DNA of 63,619 bases, the filler included, from Atractiella rhizophila (Eukaryota), in assembly GCA_021432655.1 (NCBI GenBank). It is 2 parts of 2 records of this genome, joined end to end, with 100 filler letters (N's around TTAATTAATTAA, not from the genome) between each part and the next. Parts side by side here need not be neighbours in the genome. Positions count along the whole stretch, not along the records: positions 31,914 to 63,619 come from MU271691.1; 1 more part is not named here. The stretch is one strand, 5' to 3'. Below are positions 54,792 to 63,619 of the stretch, piece by piece. The notes under the pieces are model-generated. The model saw nothing but the letters and a program-made list of their open reading frames with translations. It was not told the origin of the DNA and ran no database searches. The first letter of the stretch is position 1. Each line of letters starts with the position of its first letter. Position numbers and translations under genes: made by a program.

Positions 54792-56802
54792 ATGGTGGAT
54801 CACATCACTACCCGCCGATATTCACGTTCCCCAACGACATCGCCACAGCCTTCTCCTTCACCCAAAGCTTCCCCTTCAGGGAAGCGGTCTTCCTTCTTTT
54901 CCCTACCAGGATCTCCCTCTCGGTCATCCTTTGAAGTTCATCGGGTCGTCAAGAAGTCCACAGTTCGAGGTTACACTGATGACGAGCTCAGTGGAGGGGA
55001 ATGTAGTCCTGTCGAGGAAAAGCAAATCGCTTTCCCACAGTTCATATCCGATAGAGATGTCGCGAGCAATCTTCATCTGAGTGCACCGCCACCAGTCCTT
55101 GTCAATCCCAACCCGGAACACGCAGTCCGGCGCAAACCTGCCCCGAAGGTCAGTGAGGGCGAATTGTCCTCTCTCTCTCAGAAGTCCACTACTCTTTCAA
55201 GCTCCAGGGACGCTTCCCCTTCCAGGGAACCTCAGAGTTCTCTCTTTACGTCTCAACCGTTTCCCACACAATCTCCCACAAGTACACCGCTCGACAGTCC
55301 CAAACTCAACCCAATATCTAGTCCAAGGACTGAAGGAGGGCTGGCAAGTCGCTTCTTGAGTGGATTCAAGCTTGGAGTGAGTCTTGGTAGAGGCAGGAAA
55401 GGAAGTGACGGCTCTATCAGCGGAGAAGATGATAATATTGGGTTCCAAACTACGCGCGTTGCGGCACATCTTACCGGTCCGAGGGAGATGAGAAACAACC
55501 GTGATAAAAGTCTTCCTGGCTTCCCAACGAACGTATCAGAAGGCAGTGGAAGCCAGAGCGGGGATTTAAATATAGACTCGGACCAAAAGGAGGTTGCTCA
55601 GAGGTCGGTATTTGCACAAATACTTTTGCTTTCTCCTTATATTATGGCAAAGCAAAATGACACGGTTCCTTGACGATGCTCTTGCGAACGCAGCGACTCA
55701 CTCTCAATCAACTCTCGCAACTCCTTGGTCCCCTGTTCAAGCTGTTCCTGTTCCGTCAGCATCCCCCCTGACCGAAGCCCAAAAGATTGCGGCGCGCGCT
55801 CGACTGTCCTTGCCTCCACCAGCTTCTACGTCCTCCCTTTCCCCCACTCCGTCTCCTCCAATACACGGTCTCCCTCCTCTACAAGTCGCTAATTCGAGCC
55901 CATTGCTTTCTGTTGACAGTTTGACATCATCCACAAGTGCTGCAAGTCGGTCTCGCAACTCTTTGGATGAATTCGGTTCTGGCTCAGCTTTTGATCGTGG
56001 AGGTACGGCAGGCAGCAACGATGTTACCATTGGATCGAAATACTCATCTCCTCCTCAGCCTACTACTCCGGCTTCCCAGAAGATTCTGTCTACCGCTTCC
56101 CGACAAGCTCCCGCCATCCCCCAAGCCAAGCATCACCCATACATAGCTCTGACGTCTGATGGTGGCATCGATGTCGAAAGAACCCTCGTTGATCTCGTGT
56201 TGAGGTTTGAGAAGCTGGAGAGATGGGTTGTCCCAAGAGTGAAAGGTCTAGAGCAGATGGAGAGAGATCTGGAGGCTAAACTGCAGACAGTTACTACGAC
56301 TAGTCATGATGCAGATGAGTGCTTGAAACTTGATATTCAGAGCCTGCAAAGGAAGGTGCATGAGTTGGAAGGGATGCTCTCTGCATCCCGAGTGCCTGTA
56401 CACGCTCAAGTTATTGGCAGTTCGACATCCCAGGTCTTTGACTCAGAGTATAAGGGCGGCGACTCAGCTTTTCAAGGAAGTCCCAGGTCACCGAAGCTGG
56501 ACGAATCAAGTTTGAATAATAACAGTCACACAGCACCGAGTACGCTTGACCATGATGGTACGCATTTGCCAGCGCCGCAAGCGAGTACGGCGCAAGCCAC
56601 AGCAGAGAAACCTGGTAGAACTCGAACGCAGTCACTCACACCAGCGATGGACATTCCCGAGGAAGGTCGAAGACGAGCGATAACTCGGCCAGACTTCAGT
56701 AGGCAACATGGGAGGTCTCAAAGCAATGTGCCGAATTTGCCAGGACGAGGCACCGGGGTAGGAAAGTTGGTAAAAATGTTTGAGAAAAAGGATTCGATTT
56801 AA
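54792..56802 (+). CDS. Ser/Pro-rich hypothetical protein with central coiled coil
   Basis: Two long ORFs (306 and 402 aa) joined by a likely intron near 55607-55670; LVLRFEKLERWV..LERDLE heptads. Confidence 0.75.
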
Positions 56803-58219
56803 TTGCTAGTAACGCGGACGTAATGCGACGTAGGCGAGTGTTTTTTTAATCGTTGTATAGAAGATTAGCGTGAGATCATGAAGAATTTTTGATGCACCTG
56901 GAATGTAGTGCGTCCGTCCCTTTTCACTACCTCTCAATCTTTGGACGAGTTGCACTGCTTTTGCTTTTTCTTTTGCTCGCCTTATATATTTCTTGTCAAG
57001 GTGAGTAAGAGAGTATGTCGTCCTCATTGAACGTTTATAGCAGTTCCATCATGTGGATCGGGCATTACGCGACAATGTCCTAGCAAGAGAGGGCTCACCA
57101 TAGTAGAAGTGGAAGTCTCTGAAAGTGTTATTTGTTCGTCCATTCAGGAAGGATAGAGCAGCGAGACTTCCCCAAGTGGTTTGAGTGGTTTCCCTTGTGG
57201 GCTATCAACATCCAAAGAGCAAGGTTTTGTCGCACTTCATTTTGGTGGGTTTCATGTGTGTTGTGTACACGAAGTTAACGGCCATGGTGTCTGCATTGTG
57301 GCTCAATTAGTCGCGACCATACTTATATGTGACATCCTCTGCTCTGCGGAACAGATCTGTATCCTTATGACAGAACGCTTCGACCCATTGACAGAGTCAT
57401 CTCTTTGCAGTAGACCACATGAATCGTCACTGGTCACATTGGCGCTGTGATTTCACCCGAAATGAATGGTTCTCGTCAGTCTACGGCAGCAAGTGAGACT
57501 CTCAATGTTTTTTGGAACGCATTCACCGCGCGATCTTCGGTGAGTGCACTACTGTGGGCAAAACGGGAGTTGTTCGGGCCGTCTGGCGACATGGAAAAGA
57601 CATGGCGATTATGTGCAGGAACAGGTTGCACATGTTTTGGGTAGTTGTAGCCTAGTGTGAACGGTTGGACTCATTTCCTCAATCAGACAGACTGTGAGCT
57701 CCGCGAGCTCAGAATGTGGAGTTCTGCTAGTAAGAACGAAAAAGGACGCTACGATTGCATTCACCATCATTACGCCAAAGGCAAGACAAACATTGAGAAA
57801 GAGCCGAAGTTAGGAAACAGAAAGCCAGAACAACAAGCAGATTTATTGCTGTGAGAGCAGAAGGCAAAGGGGAAGAAGAACGATGAGAACTGGGAGCGGT
57901 GAGAATGAGCGAAGGTGGTGAAAGAGGTCTAAAGCTGCATGCGTGTTGCGAGAGAGCAGAATGGAAGAGGCACTGACTCTGCGAAGAACAGAAGAATTGT
58001 AGGAATGAGCGTAAGTCGGACTCTTTGAACGCGATAACTCGAAACGGAAACGATAACTTGAGAAACGAAGAATAAAAAATGTTGTTGAGAGAATTGAGGG
58101 TCGACCCGATGAGAAGAGCCGGAAGGGGAATAAGTGTAATTTTCACGTCGTGTTCAACTGCGTTGTCAAAAGCCAGTCAGATGCCGGGTCTGAATAAAAT
58201 GATTGAAGGAACATACAAT

Positions 58220-58483
58220 TTAGGCAATGATGCAGTTTCCGCCGCCAGCAGGGGGCCCAGCCTTCGCAATGATGCAGTTTCCGCCGCCGGCAGGAGGTCC
58301 CGCCTTCGAGATGGAGCAGTTTCCTCCTCCAGCAGGAGGACCAGCTTTAGAGATGGAGCAATTTCCGCCTCCAGCAGGGGGTCCGGCTTTCGCTATGTCG
58401 CAGTTTCCACCACCAGCTGGAGGTCCAGCCGCGGCAGGCGCTTCAGGAGCAGGAGCTTCGATGGCAAGTTGAAGGGGATTCAT
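58220..58483 (-). CDS. RHA: Mating pheromone precursor copy 1 (5 x AGPPAGGGNC; terminal CAAX CIIA)
   Basis: 87 aa; repeats separated by three residues plus K; terminal CAAX; about 4 kb from STE3; rhodotorucine-precursor architecture. Confidence 0.92.
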   Translation of the reverse strand: MNPLQLAIEAPAPEAPAAAGPPAGGGNCDIAKAGPPAGGGNCSISKAGPPAGGGNCSISKAGPPAGGGNCIIAKAGPPAGGGNCIIA

Positions 58484-58580
58484 GTTGTTGGACTTAGGTT
58501 AACTAGTCTGAAATCTTGACAGCTGTCAAAGTAAACTTGATGTGTTTGCTTGAGAGTGGGCGTTCAATTCAGTCGTCAAC

Positions 58581-58587
58581 TTATATA
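58581..58587 (-). promoter_or_regulatory. Putative TATA box of pheromone copy 1
   Basis: TATATAA about 100 nt upstream of the ATG. Confidence 0.5.
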
Positions 58588-58932
58588 CAATCTGTGGTAC
58601 GGAAGTGAAAAAGGGTGAGTACGTAATAGTTCGAATGCCATTCGAAGGAAACGATACCGGATATTGTGATCCAGATCTACGGTAACTACGCGTGTGATCC
58701 AAAACAGTGGGTTTTACTGCTGCTTTCTGCCGAAAGCTGCCCATAACACGGGGCCGGCCGAGAGCGTTATTGTTGTACGCATCTGCTGCCAAATGCCACT
58801 TCCGTCAGCACAATCATTCCATCAAACAAAGAAATATTCAACAACCAGTTCAAAATTATGTTTCCATTATTTCGGCTTAGCTATTTGTCAGTCGGTTTTG
58901 GCGTTCCTTCTCACAACAATGTATGTACAGGA

Positions 58933-58940
58933 TATAAAAG
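58933..58940 (+). promoter_or_regulatory. Putative TATA box of pheromone copy 2
   Basis: TATAAAAG about 90 nt upstream of the ATG. Confidence 0.55.
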
Positions 58941-59027
58941 AACCTGGTGACCGCACAGCTCTACAGTTTGCTTGACAGCTATCGAGCATTCAAAGTCCCA
59001 GCCCAGTCTACAGCTTGAATATTCATC

Positions 59028-59291
59028 ATGAATCCCCTTCAACTTGCCATCGAAGCTCCTGCTCCCGAAGCGCCTGCCGCGGCTGGACCTCCAGCTGGTG
59101 GTGGAAACTGCGACATAGCGAAAGCCGGACCCCCTGCTGGAGGCGGAAATTGCTCCATCTCTAAAGCTGGTCCTCCTGCTGGAGGAGGAAACTGCTCCAT
59201 CTCGAAGGCGGGACCTCCTGCCGGCGGCGGAAACTGCATCATTGCGAAGGCTGGACCCCCTGCTGGCGGCGGAAACTGTATTGTTGCCTAG
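59028..59291 (+). CDS. RHA: Mating pheromone precursor copy 2 (terminal CAAX CIVA)
   Basis: Same 87-aa protein as copy 1 except for the CAAX; divergently oriented. Confidence 0.92.
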   Translation: MNPLQLAIEAPAPEAPAAAGPPAGGGNCDIAKAGPPAGGGNCSISKAGPPAGGGNCSISKAGPPAGGGNCIIAKAGPPAGGGNCIVA

Positions 59292-59756
59292 ACGTGCGCT
59301 CTCCTCTCCTATGATCAGTGTTCCCTCAGCTGTCCCTGATTCGTATTACAGGAACTGTCCTCTCGCGACCGCTTTGGCTCCTTCTCGGCTCTTCTCGACG
59401 TCTTATTTATCTACCTGCAGCCTCCTCGTTTGCTTGCTTCTTTGCTTGTCGCTTCTCCGCACCATGCATTGTTTGGTCCGTTATGTCTTCTTTCTTCCAC
59501 GCTTTCCCTTCCTTCAGTTAGTTTCATCATCTCTACTTGCTCTCGTCGCATCTCATCCCAACGCTGCCGTATGCTTTTTTGTCCACTTCAAGCAGTGCTC
59601 AACCTCTAAACCGACCTAAACTTGCAATTTACAATGTCTTTGACCTTCTTCGGAACTCATAGGCTGCCTGCCAACCCTCCCTTGCACTTAACTCATTGCG
59701 ATATAATTACAAGGTGTGCAATGTGCAAACGAGGAGCATTTTGAAGCAGGAACGAA
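59184..59756 (+). repeat. Left arm of an inverted duplication (partner 63048-63619+)
   Basis: Reverse complement of the window end with only a few substitutions or indels; identical shadow ORFs in the ORF track. Confidence 0.92.
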
Positions 59757-60226
59757 ATATTTATAGAGCCAAGTCCCCCTTTATGATCCATCTGACAGCT
59801 TCGCCTGTGGCTATTATCCCTCAATCTCGACAGAATTAGTGCTGTAGCCTACCCCGACTATTATTCCACTGTACTGTGGGCGACAACGATGTCAAACATA
59901 CGCAAGGAACCACAGATGATCAGTTAAATGTCTCTAGCTGAACGCCTCCATTCGATACAGGCCTCTCTTGCATGTGAAACATCGAAAGCAGCTTGCTAGT
60001 TAATATTAAACTGCTCTGCATCACCTTGTAGCGGCGACTACGCTGAGATATATGATAGCACTTGTTTCTCTTTACATAACCAATCGTCCATGTCGAAATA
60101 ATCAGATCAACTTTCTAATTCCTTCCTTCCATCCCTCCCCCACTCCACGAGTTGGCATTCGATGGTTTAGTTCGAGTCTTCAGGCAATTTTCTTGCCCCC
60201 CCATTTTAGTCTAGGGGTGTCCAGGC

Positions 60227-60473
60227 TGTGCTGCATGAATGTACATGGGCTGTGTGTAACCAAGCGGGAGGCACAGTTTCCCCTTTTGATTCGCTATCAC
60301 CTGAAATAAGGAATATTTCCCTCTTTCCCTTTGTACACATTCGTACACACCTGAACTTCCAGCAGATAAAGTAGGAGCTCGAATGGTGATATCGGCTCGG
60401 ATGGTATGACCTGAAGAGTGCTGATTAAAGCAACAATGGCGCATTTTGCGTTCCTTCAGAGCATTTCAGTTCG
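60227..60473 (+). repeat. 247-bp direct repeat, copy 1
   Basis: TGTGCTGCATGAAT...GCATTTCAGTTCG also present at 62805-63051 with scattered differences. Confidence 0.9.
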
Positions 60474-61182
60474 ATCGATTTATTGGGGAAGCGGAATTGT
60501 GCACACACTCTCTCGCTCAAATGAGGAGTTTATCCTGCGTTGGCTCATGCGATTCGAATACCCTGGGAGCATGCAAGAGCTCTAAATTCCCGAGTCCTTT
60601 TCGGCCTAAATTGGCTGTAAAGGCGAATTATTATATGAAATGAAGGGCATTTCTCAAGTGGGGCGGGTCCCCATGGCATCATTTGATACGTCTGGGTGGG
60701 GTGCCTACGGTAATGAATAAGTATAGGGTGTGACAAAGATCAGCAGAGTCTTCAAGTAGACCCCCGAAGCCAAGACATGCCAAAAATAAACTATAAAAGA
60801 TCGTAACATTTACATGGTCCTTGTCAGGAAGGTGAGAAGATGAAATGCATACCTCGGGCATTCTCTGACACCTCGACAGCAACGACGTCTGTTGCTTCTA
60901 CAGCCTTTCGCCAGCTCCTCCCACCCTAGCAGGACGAAACAACTAAGCTGGACCATTCCGGCGCATCTCCCGCCTTTGTTAAGTTTTGTTGCACTGCCTC
61001 ACACCAAGATAATATATGTTTTCTTTCCGCGATTTCAACAACTATTTTCGACCACCTAGTTCAACAGTGAATGGGGCCACGATGGAACACGTGCAGCTGA
61101 TCTCGTTTGAGAGAATGCCATTACCACCAATAAACGGGTCCATAGAAGAGGCAAGTGATGTCAGAAGGCAAGCTCCCTTGCT

Positions 61183-62228
61183 TAGGGATGGCTATCGTAC
61201 CCTATCGTCGCCTCAGCACCACTTCCGGACGGTACGTGTCCCTGTCTCAGCTCATATTGCACTGTAACAATTTTTTCGTTGTCAGATATACGTACGAGTA
61301 TGGCGGGAAACGGGAGAATAACAGATTACGGGTTATATGGCATAACAATTTCATCACAGCCTTTGGTGTCACACTTTCATCTTTTCTGAGCCTCCTGCTC
61401 TGCAATATCATCCTCCAATGTCTTCAGCTCCCTCTGCAACTCTGTGAGACGAGATTTCCGTTGCATGTGCAATGTGGTCTTGAGCATGATGAGGTTGCAT
61501 ATCTCTCAGGATCTCGACAGTGACGGCGAATACCTATGGTATCACGAGCACCAGAGAAGATGTGCTCGACTTCCACAGCACATGTAACAATGAAAACCTG
61601 AAAACGAGAATACTTTGGGGGGACACGCAACGGAATAGCTAGAATATCTTGAGCCAGAAAAGACATGGTGTGCCAGTTGTGCTTTGACTCATAAGTGGAC
61701 CAGCTTCCAAGCCATGGGTGCATGCTAGTTGATTTCCTTCATTGCTCCATCTTCATCTGCTCCTGCCTTTGGACCATGACCGTAGAAGCGAGATAATTGG
61801 CCGTCAGGTTTGGATTCACTCGGGACAGCTTTGCCTGGCTTGGAGCGGGTTGAACTGCTGTGACCTCGAGAATGGAGAGAGTTGAAGGTGTTTATATGTT
61901 TGAGAAGAGGAAGGATGCGTTATTTGTGCTCATGCTGTCTTGTTTCATCAGCTGCAGCTTCAATGTGTCAGTTTTGAAGAATCTAAGAACGCTGCAAAGG
62001 AAGCACGGACCACATCATTGAGAGAGTATGCAACTGTTACAGACCGGCCTCCACTGTCCTCCTTTGTAACCACTGCTCCAGCGGCGTATTGCCGTCCTCC
62101 GCCGTAACCCGTAATACGACGGATTTTCTGGATGAGAACAGAGGGGACGTGGAGGATGGCATATCGTATCGTATCGGAACAGTCAAATCGGACATGTTCA
62201 AGACGGTCCGATCCGATCCCCATCCCAA
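61183..62228 (-). mobile_element. Non-autonomous hAT DNA transposon (about 1.05 kb)
   Basis: TIRs TAGGGATGG / CCATCCCAA; flanking direct repeat CCTTGCT at 61176-61182 and 62229-62235; relic hAT dimerisation motif LAQDILAIP...VEVEHIFSGARDTIGIRRH. Confidence 0.8.
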
Positions 62229-62804
62229 CCTTGCTGTCGCATAGCTCATAGGAACATCGTACAGGAGAATTCATTGATACCATACAAGTCCTAGATTTGC
62301 TGCGGAGAGAATTTGACAATTGAGAACGTTGAGCTCTTCTTTTCATTGCACTACATGTACCTTTGAAAACAATGCTTCGCTTTCCCTCTGTTTTCGCGTC
62401 ATCATCGTGCTGTTACTTGCGAGTATTTTACATGCTGAGTTTGTCATTTCTGACGTCTGCCTTTTTGAACCGGGGTCTGCTGCGGCACTGTGAGGGAGCC
62501 TCGAAATCGGCGAGTGTCCTCATACCACGCTATTGATGGGATGCACAAGAAACAGTAGAGGTAACTGGTGTGGCCGTGGCTATGGGATCTTCTTGGGAGG
62601 AAAGTGAGAGTAGCGCTGAATATTTGTGATTCAAATCGTGATGATCTTTAAGTCGTGTTGAACGTGAACTTGAAGAACAATCGATGAACTTTGAATGATG
62701 ATTGGTGTAATTTGATACCTTGAATGTTGAATGCCCCAACATTGAACACCAAGAGTTGATGTAGGTCGATCAAGGGGTGGATAGATGATGCACATTGCCC
62801 ACGG

Positions 62805-63051
62805 TGTGCTGCATGAATTTACATGGGCTGTGTGTAACCAAGCAGGAGGGACTGTTTCCCCTTTTGATTCGCTATCACCTGAAATAAGGAATCTTTCCCT
62901 CTTTCCCTTTGTACACATTCGTACACACCTGAACTTCCAGCAGATAAAGTAGGAGCTCGAATGGTGATATCGGCTCGGATGGTATGACCTGAAGAGTGCT
63001 GATTAAAGCAACAATGGCGCATATTGCGTTCTTTCAGAGCATTTCAGTTCG
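62805..63051 (+). repeat. 247-bp direct repeat, copy 2
   Basis: Matches 60227-60473. Confidence 0.9.
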
Positions 63052-63619
63052 TTCTGCTTCAAAATGTTCCTCGTTTGCACATTGCACACCTTGTAATTAT
63101 ATCGCAATGAGTTAAGTGCAAGGGAGGGTTGGCAGGCAGCCTATGAGTTCCGAAGAAGGTCAAAGACATTGTAAATTGCAAGTTTAGGTCGGTTTAGAGG
63201 TTGAGCACTGCTTGAAGTGGACAAAAAAGCATACGGCAGCGTTGGGATGAGATGCGACGAGAGCAAGTAGAGATGATGAAACTAACTGAAGGAAGGGAAA
63301 GCGTGGAAGAAAGAAGACATAACGGACCAAACAATGCATGGTGCGGAGAAGCGACAAGCAAAGAAGCAAGCAAACGAGGAGGCTGCAGGTAGATAAATAA
63401 GACGTCGAGAAGAGCCGAGAAGGAGCCAAAGCGGTCGCGAGAGGACAGTTCCTGTAATACGAATCAGGGACAGCTGAGGGAACACTGATCATAGGAGAGG
63501 AGAGCGCACGTCTAGGCAACAATACAGTTTCCGCCGCCAGCAGGGGGCCCAGCCTTCGCAATGATGCAGTTTCCGCCGCCGGCAGGAGGTCCCGCCTTCG
63601 AGATGGAGCAGTTTCCTCC
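63048..63619 (-). repeat. Right arm of the inverted duplication (runs off the window)
   Basis: Reverse complement of 59184-59756. Confidence 0.92.
63512..63619 (-). CDS. RHA: Mating pheromone precursor copy 3, 3' part
   Basis: ...GGNCSISKAGPPAGGGNCIIAKAGPPAGGGNCIVA*; truncated by the window end. Confidence 0.88.
   Translation of the reverse strand, partial: GGNCSISKAGPPAGGGNCIIAKAGPPAGGGNCIVA

Noticed and set aside
58227..58472. Repetitive ORFs MMQFPPPAGGPAF... (also 59039-59242 and 58079-58519)
   Set aside because: Antisense or alternate-frame shadows of the pheromone CDS repeats.
58220..58483. 42-nt tandem repeats read as a CRISPR-like array or a dikaritin/KEP RiPP precursor
   Set aside because: They are in-frame coding repeats with no spacers, signal peptide or KR sites; CAAX motifs and STE3 linkage fit a pheromone.
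59255..59255. Copy 3 matches copy 1 at this site but copy 2 at the tail, suggesting a mosaic
   Set aside because: A single private mutation in copy 2 explains it just as well, so it is not evidence of conversion.
59242..59619. 125-aa hydrophobic ORF, duplicated at 63184-63561
   Set aside because: It lies in the CT-rich pheromone 3' flank, starts at a non-ATG codon and is duplicated only because of the inverted repeat.
60212..60928. Possible MITE bounded by TAGGGGTG...CACCCTA
   Set aside because: The TIR is short and imperfect and there is no target-site duplication.

Overview
Intron-rich fungal genomic DNA. It is a basidiomycete and probably Pucciniomycotina, inferred from the tandem-repeat pheromone precursors. 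The window is two sequence blocks joined by an artificial 100-nt N/TTAATTAATTAA/N linker (31814-31913), so their adjacency is unproven. The left block holds mostly housekeeping genes: a SOD-fold mitoribosomal-like protein with two apparent frameshifts, a small Cys-rich secreted protein, an APH/ACAD11-like kinase, a FucP-type MFS transporter, SPC1, EMP65/TAPT1, two SDRs, mitochondrial L36, ATG8, a GST-like gene, an HSF-domain TF and the 3' half of a KDM4/Rph1 demethylase. The right block starts with three nested Ty1/Copia elements, followed by a Munc13-like C2 protein, MDH, an unknown gene, PAN3 and KAP95. It ends in a pheromone/receptor (P/R) mating-type locus: a five-exon STE3 receptor and three copies of a lipopeptide pheromone precursor with five AGPPAGGGNC repeats. 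The copies form a head-to-head pair plus a large inverted duplication whose spacer holds a non-autonomous hAT element. Gene models were spliced by eye, so exon boundaries are predictions and no database searches were run.
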